64,000 bases of DNA from Selaginella moellendorffii (taxonomy: Eukaryota; Plantae; Lycopodiophyta), in NCBI RefSeq assembly GCF_000143415.4, contig NW_003314272.1, positions 1,026,184-1,090,183 of the forward strand, written 5' to 3'. This document shows positions 21,734-33,729 of this stretch, piece by piece (the first letter of the stretch is position 1; each line of letters opens with the position of its first letter). The notes under the pieces are model-generated. The model was not told where the DNA came from. It saw only the letters and a program-made list of their open reading frames with translations, and did no database searches. Made by a program: the position numbers and the translations under genes.

Positions 21734-24572
21734 ATCGGTGGTCTCAGGTGGCATGGATCACGTCCGAGTCCATCCCAAGTTCCTACATTCCAATGCAACT
21801 TCTCACAAATGGGCTCTTGGAGGTGTGGCTTTTGTTCTCCTTCTTTATACATACATTTCCCTTTCGCTTTAAACTAAAAGGGAGCTTTCATGTCCTCGTT
21901 TTTGCAGCCATCGCGGAGCTTTTGGATAATGCCATTGACGAGGTACATTCTGCTGTTGTGCTTGGTGCTTGGTTAACTCTTCGTTTTTTTTTCCTTTCCT
22001 TCACGCTGCTTTATTCACAGGCAAATAACGGTGCCACTTTCATCAAGATCGACAAAGTGACCAATTTTCGTGACGGAAGCCCTGGTCTTCTTTTCCTAGG
22101 TGTGAGTTTTTTTTCTTGCGGAAGCCAGAGTTTACGTGCTTGCTCTTGCAGACAATGGAGGTGGTATGAGCCCCGAGAAGATACGTCAGTGTATGAGTTT
22201 TGGCTACTCCCAAAAATGTGCCAACGCAATCGGCCAGTGTAAGTGGCCCTGGACTCGCTCTCTCCTTTCCTGATTTGTCCTTGCCTGCAGATGGAAATGG
22301 ATTTAAGACGAGCACAATGCGTCTAGGTGCGGATGTTATCGTTTTAACACGTTGTGTCCGTGACAGGTTCGCTTTGTTTACTCGCTTTCGACACGAAAGT
22401 CTGGATTATTTGGCTTTCTTTTTCTCTCTTTTGTTTGCAGCGTTACAACACAAAGCGTTGGACTACTTTCATACACTTTCTTGAGAAAGACCGGTCGTGG
22501 GGATATTCTGGTTCCAATGGTTAGTGTCCATAACATGAGCGAGAAATTGCGCTGGCTAATTTTTTTATATTGTCTCAGGTGGATTACGAGCGCGTATCAG
22601 GATCTCCTGGACATGTCAGCAGGGTGATCAGAAGTACTACAGAGGACTTCGAGATGAACCTGAATACAATACTACAGTGGTCGCCATTCTCCACCGAGGC
22701 TCAAGTTTTGGCGCAGGTCTCTCTTTCTATTTTTTAAGTTGATTCCAGTGGTCCATCAAACAGCTAATTTCAAACATGTTACTTGCAGTTCGAACATATG
22801 GAGTCGCCTCACGGAACCAAAGTGATCATCTACAACTTGTGGTTGAATGATGACGGCGTTTTGGAGCTCGATTTTGACACGGATCCGCATGTACAGTTTT
22901 GTTTTTCATCTCCAACTGACTGGATGGCTGTTTAACAGGATATAAAGCTCCGTGAGAATGGAGCTAAGTCGGATGCACGGGCTAAGGAGCTACATAAGAA
23001 GCATCTTTCTTATCAATTGCGATACTCTCTCCGGGTTGGCTTACCGAAGTCGTGATTCCCATCATGCTCACCGATCCTTTCCAGGCTTATGCGTCGATAC
23101 TTTACCTCCGACTGCCATCTGGCTTCCGTATCACGCTGCGAGGAAAGCTTGTGGTCCATCATAAAATAGATGACGACCTCAAGTTTCCTGAATACATTAT
23201 GTATAAGCCTCAAGTCGATGGCATCACTTCTGGAGAGGTTCACTTGGATTTATGTTTGTTTGTTTGATATTCTTCTTTTCTCTGAATTGTTTCAGGTGGT
23301 TACATGTATTGGCTTTACAAAAGAAGCGCCTTTGCTGAATGTTCATGGATTTTGCGTTTACCACAAGAATCGCCTGATAATGGTACTCAGTAGTGCTGAA
23401 GTTGTATTTGTTTATGTGTTTGTTTTTGCTTGGCAGCCGTTTTGGAACGTATTTCACGACAATAGCAGCAGAGGAAGGGGTGTTATTGGTGTGTTACTGA
23501 TGAAGTTCATAAAGACATTGCTCTCTCACAATTGTTTCCAGGGATTCTTGAGGCCAACTTTATTGAACCAGCTCATGATAAACAAGATTTTGAGAAGACG
23601 TGTTTGCTGTTGCGCCTGGAAAACAGGCTGAAGCAAATGACCCTCGAATACTGGTAGGCTGCTGGTTTTCGTTTTCTGTTTTTCAGTGGACGAGTTTTGC
23701 AGGAACACGAACGCTTCGAGGATTGGTTACCAGACGAAACCGAAGCAGAAGAGGATTACTTATCCTGCTCCTCCTCGTCTTCTGCGACGTCCAGAACCTG
23801 TGCCTGAAGAACCCGATAATGTTTCCGACGAACGCCCTAGTGAGCAGCCTTATCCCGATGAAGAGCGGCCCACTATCTCAAATGCGAATGAAGAAACTCC
23901 GGGAAGGAGTTTACGCAAAAGAACCCGTACCGTTGATTATACAGAGTGCTCCACTGAGGTAATTGTTTCATATTACTTGTTTTACAAGAGTTGCCGCTTG
24001 GGACCAGGTCCCAGAGAAGCGAGAATGTGAAGGAGCTGAAAGAGCCGAAAGAGTTGCAGGCAAACGTTGTCCAAGGTTAGTAACACATTATATCATGCCT
24101 CTATTGTATTGAAACGCGCGAGACTGTAGATGCACAGAGCTGGAATCCAAGAACAAGGAGTACGAGAGGGAACTGGCCGCGAAGAGTTCCGAAACGAAAG
24201 AGTCACCAGATTACGCAAAACAGCTGGAAGAGTTGGAGCTGAAGAGCTCGAGCCTGGAGAAGAAATGCCAGGCCCTGGAGCGGGAGAAAACAGAGGCCGA
24301 AAGCAGGTGCATGGAGCTACAGGTGCAGAACTTCGCACACCTCGAGAAGGTACATCAAAGCTTGACTTGTTCGCAAGTTTCACAGCCTTTTTCCCTGTGT
24401 AGGTGAGCGCTCTGGAGAATGAGCTGCTGCGGACTAAAAACAAGTACATAATGCTGCTGATGACATCAGGCGAAAGAAGAGGAGTGGCGGCCGTGAAACA
24501 AGGTAAGAAAACCCGTCTCTTGCAAATTTTGACACTACGTTCGTTGTTTGCTTTGCTTCCGCAGAGGCATAG
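21434..24572 (+). CDS. MORC: MORC-family GHKL ATPase (multi-exon) with C-terminal coiled coil
   Basis: Spliced motifs HFWRAGDY, DHVRVHPKFLHSNATSHKWALG, AELLDNA, DNGGGM, IGQYGNGFKTSTMRLGAD, GF.VYHKNRLI, EPAHDKQDFE; 3' end approximate. Confidence 0.93.
21683..21731. repeat. (CT)n microsatellite in MORC intron 1
   Basis: Seen directly. Confidence 0.95.
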
Positions 24573-26138
24573 GGAGCCGGCTCTAAATTGTCCATGGCGA
24601 TACGGTGAAATCGAAGTAACACAAGAGTCATTGCAACAGTGTTTGCAGCGTTTGTAAGTTTTCCTTTGGAATCTGGAACTTAATGTGTTTAGTTTCTGGA
24701 TGCAAGAAAGAGCAAAGCAATCTCCAGCAGGAGGTCCCCGTCAAAACTGGCGTGAGTGTTTTTGACACCGACAAAAGCCTACGCGAAAGAAGAACTACAT
24801 TGCTAGCTACTGCTTTATACGATGCGGGGGAAAGCTAGAGGGAACCAAGTTCAACGCTACGCATACAATTGAGCTTCTACGCGAGTGAGTGACGATCTGA
24901 CATGGGCAACAACGCAACAGGCGAGGCATGACACGTCCAAGCGACGAGAACACACGAACGCGTGCAAGGACGATTCGGGGACGAGCCTGAGGAATCGAGG
25001 AATAGTTCGCGTGCCCTTTGAGTTGGAGCAAAGGACCCCGCCCCGCCCTCTCTCGAGAGCTCTAAAGTTAAGTTTTTTTCTTCGTGTTCTTTTTTTCTTT
25101 TCTTTTCTTTTTTTTTTGTTTCTCTTGCAGCAGCCCCGCAGCATCTCAAAAGCTAGAGACTCCCCCGGCAATCAAGCAACGGCAGCAATCAGATGCGTCA
25201 ACACGAAGGACAGAATCGATCAAAGCGAAGAAAAAAAGGCGAAGAAAATCGAGCGAGAGTCGCCCGGGAAACTAAAGTTTCTCCGTGGGATCAACGAAGT
25301 GTCAACCGGGGGTCTGATCCTCCGCGCCACGTGGCGCGATGGCGAGCGTTGGATGGGAACATGAAGCATTCCCGACGAGATAAAAATAAAAGGCGGTAAG
25401 GAAATAAAAAAGTGAAAAAAAACTTCCAGGTCCTTCCAACACAACACGCATAGCATATCGCATCGCAGGGCGAAATGTTTTACCCCGCGGAGTTACGCGG
25501 GTAAAGAAAGTCCAAGGTCTAAAATCTTTGGCGAGAATCTTTCCGGGCTAGAAAATCAAATTTTAGGGAGCTGGGGAAAATCGACCCACATTTACCTACT
25601 TTAAACTCTCGCGATAGGACGCAAGAGAAAAAGAAAAATTAGGATGAGAGAAAGAGGAAGAGGGTTGGATCGAAGGAGAAGGCGCCGGCCCTCGTAGAGC
25701 TCGGTCAGTCTTCTCGGGCTCTCGCGATCCATCGGGCAGTCCGAGAAGAAGGAAGAAAGAGAGGGAAAGGGATAGAAGAAGGAGCTCAAGAAGAAGCCCA
25801 GCTATGGAGTCAACATAGGCGACCGAAAGCGAGCAAAGCAACGAATCGCTACTTCCTCGACAGGTTCTTTGCTTTTTCGTCCTCTTTGATCCTCATCGCC
25901 GGCACGCGTGTTTCTTGAGCGTTTTTCCCCGAGAGATTCGAGAGAATGGGCAGTGGGATATGGATTCTTCTGTGGAGAACTAGCGGCGGCCTTGGCTCTC
26001 ACTCGCTCCTCTCCAATCCCACTTGAGGGAGAGGCACCAAGAGGGTTTGCTCGAGCATGGTCTGGATAGATAGGTAGCGATAGGAACAAAGATTTCTTTC
26101 TTGGCAGCCAAGGAGGAAGGATAGATAGGGGATAGATC

Positions 26139-29001
26139 ATGGGGTGTACTGGATCCAAGGTCCAGAACGAGGCCGGGATTTCGCGCTGCCGGGCACGCAA
26201 GCGCACGATCAAGCACGCGGTGCGATGGCGCAACCAGTACGCGCTCGCCCACACCGACTACCTGGCGTCGCTCAAGAACCTTGGCGGCGCATTCAAGCAG
26301 TTCACGGATGGCGAGTTCCGGGACCAGCTCTCCTCCGCCTCCTCCTCCTCCGCCTCGGCCTCCTCCGCCTCCTCCACGCCCGTGCCGGCCACGCCCACCA
26401 CGCCGCCGCTCAAGAACAGCAAGAAGCCCGAGGACGAGGAGGACTTCTTCGTGGAGGAGATCGTCCGGCGCGTCAAGCTCCGCCCCATGGCGCTGCGCAG
26501 CAAGCCCGCGGATCCCATCACGGTGGTGCTGCCCAAGCGCGGCGGGGACGACGACGACGCCTACCAGCGCTACATGGAGGCGGATGCACCGCCAGATGGG
26601 CTGTACAGTGACATCCCCCAGCCCGGGAAGCCGCGCGGTACTGCCGGCGGTACGTCCTCCGCCTCGGTCGCCTCGGCCTATCCCGTCTCGGACAACTCGG
26701 ACTACTACTCGGGCTACAATTCGGCGTATATGATGCAGCAGCCCGACTCGGCGCCGTCGTGGGACATCTTCGGGATCTTCGCGGTGCCGTCGATGATGCA
26801 TCCGTTCCAGCAGGTGGTGGAGGAGGACGAGGAGGAGCTCAAGCGGGCCATGGAGGAGGAGGACATTCCTGCATTGGAGATGGCGTCACCGCCGCACAGG
26901 CGGCGCGAGGAGTCGCCGCCGCCGTCGGCCAAGGCCAAGAAGAAGAAAGTTGCCGAGGAGGAGGAGGAGCGGGAGGAGGCGGCGAGGAAGAAGGCCGAGA
27001 CCGTGGAGAAGGAAGGGAAGCTGGAGAAGGCGAAGAAGAAAATGGTGGAGGAGGTGGAGAAAGTGGTGGAGAAAGTGGAGAGATTGGTGGAGAGGGCCGA
27101 GAAGGGGACGCAGACGCACAAGCCGGAGAAGAAAGACAAGCAGAAGGAGATCGTGGTGGAGGAGGAGCCCGAGATGGACGTGGCGGAGGAGCCGCCGCCG
27201 GAGAAGTTTAAGTTCCACCACCCGAAAGAAGAAGACCAAGAACACGATCGCCATCACCACCATGAAGCTGCTCGAGACATGGCCTCGAGCTCTGGAACTT
27301 CCGGGGACGATATCAACTTCAAGATCGAGACGGAGGGGTACAAGAAGCTCGCGGAGGCGACCAAGAGCTTGTACGAGGAGGACGAGGCGTCGACGTCTTA
27401 CAAGGAGACGGACGTGGAGGCGGAGGCTCCCCCGCCGCCACCGCCGCCTCTCGCGTCGCTGGGGCCGAAAAAGGACCGGGAGCTGTGGGACGTGCTCCGG
27501 GGGATCGAGAAGGAGCTTTTCAAGGCGTCCAGCTTCGGATCGGATGTTTCTCGGCTCCTGGAGGCACGGAAGAATCACAGTCATAGTTTCTTGGATACTC
27601 GAGGCAAGTACACTTTGGAAAGAGAGAGGTTTTTGTGATCAGATCACTGATCGCATGTGTTTTGTGATGTGTGTAGGACTGACTGAGCGGTCTGCCAGAA
27701 TCTTCCGTGCGATGTCACGGTCGCAGTTCTCGCCGAGGTCGCATTTCTCGTGGAGCGAGGACTCGTCCAGCGACGACTTTGCCGGCAGCGTCTCGGCGAA
27801 AGGTGGTGGCGGCGGCGGCAGCGGCCATGCGACGACGCTGGACAAGCTCTACGCGTGGGAGAAGAAGCTGTACGTGGAGGTAAAGGTGAGAAAGGCTTCC
27901 CCCTCGTCACGTCTTTGCCTAGCGTTTGGGTTTTTCTCTTATTCGTGTTCACCAAAGTTGGTGGCAGGAAAATGATTCCATCAGCGCAGAGTTTGAGCGC
28001 AAGTGCAAGCTGCTCAAGAAGCTGGACGCGCGCGGGGCGAGGGACGAGGCCATCGACAAGACCCGCGTCGCCATCAAGATGCTGGAGACGCAAATGCAAG
28101 TGTCCATGCAGGCCATGAAGGCCACGTCCCAGTCGATTCAGGAGGTCACCGACCGGGAGCTCTTCCAACAGCTCAAAGAGCTGCTCGAAGCGTAAGCTTT
28201 CGTGAATGTATAGATGTTCTTATGCAAACTTTGGTTTCTTCCAGGACCATGATCATGTGGAAGAACATGGACGCTTGCCACCAGCGGCAGAAGAACGAGG
28301 CCAACCGGCTCAAGGGGGCCGGGAGCTCGCCGCTGGAGGCGACGAGCAACTCGCACAAGCAGGCGACGGTCCAGCTCGAGGTGGCGCTCAACGAGTGGCA
28401 GCGGGGGCTGGCGTCGCTGGTGACCAAGCAGAAGGAGTACCTGCGCAACTTAAACTCGTGGCTGCGGCTCAGCATCTACACGCCAGACCGGAAGTCGGAC
28501 AGGCGGCCCCCCGTGCAGGCGCTGTGCCAGGCCTGGACCGACGCGCTCGAGCGGCTGCAGGAGCAGGAGCTGGTGGAGGCGATCAAGAGCTTCGCGGAGA
28601 AGATCCACAACATTGTCCGGCAGCAGGAGGACGAGACGCGGGCGCAGAAGCGGGCCGAGTCCATGGCCAAGGAGCTGAGCAAGAAGTCGTTGGCGCTCAA
28701 CAACTTGGAGAAGAAGCTGGCGGCGGAGACCAACACCACGCCGGAGGAGACGCTCAAGGAGAAGAGGGACGCGCTGCAGGAGAAGAGGGACGCGCTGGAG
28801 GCGTTCCGGCAGAGGGTGGACGAGGAGAGGGACGGGTTCACGCGGGCGATGCAGATCACGCGCAAGATGACGGTGGGGATCCTGGAGATGGACTTGCCGG
28901 TGGTGTTCAGCCGGCTGGCCGAGTTTAGCAGCGCCTGCTCCCACTGCTACCGCGAGCTTGAGCACAAGTCACGCAACAACGAGCTCGACACGACGGAGTG
29001 A
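26139..29001 (+). CDS. DUF630/DUF632 protein (NRG2/APSR1/REL2-like); exons 26139-27603, 27677-27885, 27968-28191, 28245-29001
   Basis: N-terminal MGCTGSK..CRARKR..AH.DYL.SL; WDIF; HATTLDKLYAWEKKLY.EVK. Confidence 0.93.
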
Positions 29002-30329
29002 AAAGGAGGAGGATATAAAACTTCAGCTTCTTCCCGGAGGCTCTCTCTTTCGGATGGATACGGAAGCTCCATTCCCATATCTTCGAGGCCGCGCGGCTCG
29101 AGATCCAGGAGAGGCCGTGAGAGGGAAAAGGTGGCGCAGGGGGAAAGGCTTTGAAAGCTTTGTGCTTTGAGAGAGAGGGAGGGAGATATTCTCTCCCACA
29201 CGCCAAGCAAAGCAAGGCAAAGCAACGCAAGGCAAGGCGAGCAGAAAGAAGCTTTTTTGTCACTCGGGCTGTGACGAGGGGAACGAAGCCAGGCTAAAGT
29301 GAGGTTGAGTACAAAGCTTGGAACAAACAAGGTGACAAAAGCAGCCGAGATTCCTGCCAGGGACGGGGCTTGCATGCGCGGACCTGGCGATTTTTCTGCG
29401 GTGGGATCCTCCTCTCTACTACTGGACGAATTCGAAGAGCTCTGGATCAAAAGCAGGAAGAGATGGAGCGATGGAGGAACGAAAAAAGTGACAGGCAAGC
29501 TGGCTGGCTCTGGCTATGGAGGAGGGGGGCCATTTTCGTTTGTTTGTTTCGTAGCTTTAGTGGTGGTACTACACACTCTCGAACTCACTCATGCTAACCC
29601 CATTCATCGTTTTCAGCTGATCTGAGCGGAGGTTTTTCTCGTTTTTTTTTTGCTGTTCTTCTCATTCTCTTCTCTTCTCTTCTTGGGGATTTGGTGCTGC
29701 TAGCGACGGGAGCTCTCGCTCGATCTCTAACACCATTCGTTACCGAGTGGCCGCGGTGGGGCTGGTTGTACAGTGGAAGATTACAATGTGGTTTTTGCCA
29801 AGCTCTGGATCATGGGAATAAAACGAAAGTTTTTGCAAAAAGACCAATCTCTTTCTCTTGTCTCTTTCTTTGTGTTTTTGTTTTGAGCTTCAAGTTGGGC
29901 GATGCCGCCGTAGATCTGGAGGGACAGAGAACAGAAAAGCAAGGAGGGGTACTTTTGTTTGGAGAGCATCTCGTGGAGGTTGTGAAAAAGATGGCGAAGA
30001 AGAGTGGGGTTTCTATGCTAGCCTACCACTGTCGCTGCGAAATCAAAGTGGTCACATCCCAAGTTGCAGTGATTTTCTATGAGAAGTTTCTCATTGAATT
30101 GGAATCAACTTGGCGATGCAATAATTCTTATAAACCGAAAAAGCCAAAGCAGTTGACGAAGTTGACACTGGCATAAAAGGTGAAAGAAATTCTAAAAAGG
30201 TTAACAGTCAAAGAAAGTCAAAAACCATTATAGAACATTTTCCTTACGTTAAGAATTAGGGCACAGCATTTGGGAAAGGTGGCGCAAAGAAATGTGGAGA
30301 GAGAAGAATGGAAGCGAACTCTTTAGGGG

Positions 30330-31919
30330 ATGGACCAATGCATCAAGCTTATCAGATCGTGTGGGTCGCTCGCGGAGGCGGAGGATGCCCACTCGCGAGT
30401 CTTCCACCTCCGGGAGATCACGGCATCCAAATCGCTCCTCCTCTCCAACATGATGATCCAGGCTTACGCGCGGTGTGGCAGCGTGGATAGCGCTCGCCGG
30501 GTCTTCGATTCCATCCCTGCAGCGTCCAGAGATCGCTACTCCTGGGGACTCATGCTCTCTGCCTATGCCCAGAGCGGCAAACTCGACCAGGCGCGGCAGC
30601 TGTTCGTGGCCATGCCGGAGTGGAACCTGGCGGCCGTGAATGCGATGCTCTCGGTGCTTGCCCGGCTCGGGCAACTGGACGAGGCTAAGAACCTGTTTGA
30701 TTCAACGCCGGAGGCCGACGAGATCACTTGGACTAGCATACTCTCAGCTCACTCGCGCAGCAACGATATCGAAAACGCAAGGAAACTCTTTGAAGCTATG
30801 CCGGAGTGGAGCTTAGTTTCGTGCAATGCTATGCTCGCAGCATTTGCCGCGAATGGGTATTTGTCTAAAGCGAAAGCTGTTCTAAGCGAGATGAAAGAAA
30901 CAAATCTGGTGTCGCTTAACACAGTACTTAATGCGTACTCTAAGAACGGATTACTTGCTCAAGCTAGAACCTTCTTTGACAATATGCCGGAGCATAATCT
31001 TGTTTCTTGGAACTCACTACTCACTGTACATACCCAGAAGGGGCAAATTGCCCAAGCGATGGATCTCTTCGATCGAATGCCGGAGCTGGATCTCCTGGCC
31101 TCGACCTCCATTCTATCCGCTCACGCCCAAGCCGGAAACCTCTATCAAGCAAAATCTCTCTTTGATTCAATGCCCGCCAGGGACGTGGTTGCATGGTCTG
31201 CTATCCTAGCAGCCTATGCCAACGCCGGCGATCTCCAAGAATCCCTCTCGATCTTCGGCCAGATGCCCGAGCACGATCGCTTCTCCTGGACCTCGCTCCT
31301 CATCGTGCTCGCCCACAACGGATTCGTCCACGAGACAAAACAGCTCTTCGACTCCATGCCGGAGCGCGACGCCGTGTGTTGGAACGTGATGATCGCGGCG
31401 CTGGGGCGCAAGGGCCTGCTGGACCGTGCGCGCCAGGCGCTGGATCGAATGCCCGATCCAAGCCTCGCGGCCTGGAACGCGATGGCAGTGTCGTGCGCGC
31501 AGCATGGCGCCCACGACCGCGCCGCGCGGATCGTCTCCTCCATCGCCATGCAAGGCCTCGAGCCCGACGACATGTCCTTCATCTGCGTCATGCTCGGGAT
31601 CACGCACCGCGGCGACGCGAGCTCCGGCATCCATCTCTTTCGATCAATCGCCCAGGACTTTGGGCTGGATCCTCCCAGCAAGCAGCTCCACTGCTGCGTG
31701 ATCGATCTGCTGGGACGGGCGGGGCGGCTGGACGAGGCCGAGGAGGTGATCCACAGCATGCCGTTTGAGCCCGAGTTCCAGGACTGGCAGTGCTTGCTCG
31801 CGGCTTGCAAGAGCCACAGGGACGACGATCGAGCGGCGCGCATTGCAAAGTATCAGTCCTCGAGCCGCACGTCCATCGCGAATGCCGCGCCATATCTCAT
31901 CGTCGCGAGCATGGCTTAG
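30330..31919 (+). CDS. PLS-class PPR protein (E-type), intronless
   Basis: PPR repeats; CCVIDLLGRAG; MPFEP..W..LL.ACK.H. Confidence 0.93.
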   Translation: MDQCIKLIRSCGSLAEAEDAHSRVFHLREITASKSLLLSNMMIQAYARCGSVDSARRVFDSIPAASRDRYSWGLMLSAYAQSGKLDQARQLFVAMPEWNLAAVNAMLSVLARLGQLDEAKNLFDSTPEADEITWTSILSAHSRSNDIENARKLFEAMPEWSLVSCNAMLAAFAANGYLSKAKAVLSEMKETNLVSLNTVLNAYSKNGLLAQARTFFDNMPEHNLVSWNSLLTVHTQKGQIAQAMDLFDRMPELDLLASTSILSAHAQAGNLYQAKSLFDSMPARDVVAWSAILAAYANAGDLQESLSIFGQMPEHDRFSWTSLLIVLAHNGFVHETKQLFDSMPERDAVCWNVMIAALGRKGLLDRARQALDRMPDPSLAAWNAMAVSCAQHGAHDRAARIVSSIAMQGLEPDDMSFICVMLGITHRGDASSGIHLFRSIAQDFGLDPPSKQLHCCVIDLLGRAGRLDEAEEVIHSMPFEPEFQDWQCLLAACKSHRDDDRAARIAKYQSSSRTSIANAAPYLIVASMA

Positions 31920-32007
31920 AGGTTTTTTGGCTGGACGAAAGTTGGCAACTTATCAAGCTTTGGAGCTTCTATCTTGCGTGACAATTCAATCTTGCATAAA
32001 CATCGGC

Positions 32008-32565
32008 ACTTTGGCTGCGCGATCCAGGTATCATGGAAAAGTTGGCACGTCAAGCTTGGAAATTTTGGGAACTTCTCAAGGAAAGATCTTCAGTGACCAT
32101 TCAATCTTGCGTGGGAATACATCTTGAGAAGTACTCTAGAATATTATAGATATCAGACTTTGGCCGCGCGCGATGGAGCATTTCATCTGGCTGGAATCTT
32201 GGGAACTTCTAAAGGAAAGATCGTCTGTGACCATTCAATCTTGCATAGAAATACATCTTGCCAAGTACTCTAGAATATTATAGATCTCAGACTTTGGCCG
32301 GGCCATGGAGCATTTCATCTGGCTGGAATTTTAGGAACTAAAGGAAAGATCTCTGTGACGATCTTGCATATCTTGCATGGAAGTACTCTAGAAATCAGTG
32401 GCCACTTTGGCCGCGCGATGGACCATTTCATCTGTAAAGTTGGCTGGAATCTTTGGAACTAATGAAGGACAGATCTTCTGTGACGATCTTGCATAAAAAT
32501 ACATCTTGCATGGAAGTACTCTAGAATAATTACAGATACAGTGGCCACTTTGGCCACGCGAAACT
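32008..32565. repeat. Degenerate tandem repeat, ~4.3 units of ~115-150 bp
   Basis: ACTTTGGC(C/T) recurs at ~32009, 32158, 32291, 32404 and 32548, with shared GGAAAGATC, ATCTTGCAT and AAGTACTCTAGAA. Confidence 0.85.
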
Positions 32566-32622
32566 TTCCATGGGGCTTTTCATCCACAGCCGGATGAAAG
32601 AACGATGATCCAGTCATTCTCG

Positions 32623-33729
32623 TCAGAAGGAATTCATCTCCAGCAAGTAAGTCCGGCGCCTCGCAAGCAGGCAAGCGGCGGTCTTGAACGGCTCCCCGAA
32701 AGCTCGAGCTATGAAACCATCGTCCTCCTTGGTGGTCGGCCGCTCGCTCGGCCGAATGGCCACCAGCGTCACGCCTTTCATGGAGCAGCCATTGGGGAGG
32801 CTCAAGCTCGGCGCGTACCAGAGCTTCATGTTGAGATCCGGTACCTGCGTCCTGCTCGACGACGCGGACGCCGCCACCGGCTTGTCCCTGAAGTCGTGGA
32901 GCTGCCGCTTGCTCATGCACAGCAGCCCCTGATCGTCCGCGTCCGTGAGAACCAGCGTCTCCAGCGTCAGATGATCCGAGATGATCTGCTGGAGCAAGTA
33001 GTGCCGCGCTGACGCAGCGATGAGCGAGCTGATCGTCCACACCACCCGCTTCTTCAAGCCCCCGTCGGTGTAGAACGAGTCCGGGATGCATCCGCCATCG
33101 CCACCCTCCTCGGGCTCCTCGAGCTCCTTCGCTGCTGGCCACTTTCCATCGGCCTCCACCATGGACGCGGCCCCGAGAATGACGCAGCTCTCCAGCGTGC
33201 TCCCAAACTCGGCCTTCCACTTGAGCAGCACCCCTTCCTCGATCCCGAGCTCGCCACCAGGGAGCTCGATCCTCAAGTGGCGGATCACCTTGAAGCTTTT
33301 GAGCACCTCGCTGGGGGAATGGTGCGAGACCTCGGCCAGGACGGCGCTCTTCCTCGGCCCCAGGAAGTGCTGGAGGAGCTGGAGCGGCCTCACGAAGCTC
33401 CCGAAGACCAATCGCATCAGCTGGCCAAGGAAGCCTTTGCTCTTGCCGCTCAAGTTGCAGTCCTCGCCCGAGATCACGCAGTCGACCTTGACGGTCACGT
33501 CCTCGACGTGGGCGGCCAGCGCCTGGAATCGCTTGGAAACGGCGCAGCACCTCCCCAGCACCTTGATATCGCCCACCTTGTTGAGGATCAACACGAGGAG
33601 CGAGTCGGGCAGCTGGTCGAAGCAATCCGTACCGCAAAACCCTGGAGAGCCCTCTCCTTCGCTGTCCGAGCTGGGATTCACCGCCTCCCACCATCCATCC
33701 TCCTCCGAGTCGAGCATCGCGGCGAACAT
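32623..33729 (-). CDS. F-box protein (At5g46170/At1g30200/AUF-like family), intronless
   Basis: FDQLPDSLL..GRC..VSKRF; HHSP.EVLK.F..I..LRIELP; GGLK.RVVWTISSLIAASARH; C-terminus TYLLEMNSF; start codon uncertain. Confidence 0.92.
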   Translation of the reverse strand: MFAAMLDSEEDGWWEAVNPSSDSEGEGSPGFCGTDCFDQLPDSLLVLILNKVGDIKVLGRCCAVSKRFQALAAHVEDVTVKVDCVISGEDCNLSGKSKGFLGQLMRLVFGSFVRPLQLLQHFLGPRKSAVLAEVSHHSPSEVLKSFKVIRHLRIELPGGELGIEEGVLLKWKAEFGSTLESCVILGAASMVEADGKWPAAKELEEPEEGGDGGCIPDSFYTDGGLKKRVVWTISSLIAASARHYLLQQIISDHLTLETLVLTDADDQGLLCMSKRQLHDFRDKPVAASASSSRTQVPDLNMKLWYAPSLSLPNGCSMKGVTLVAIRPSERPTTKEDDGFIARAFGEPFKTAACLLARRRTYLLEMNSF

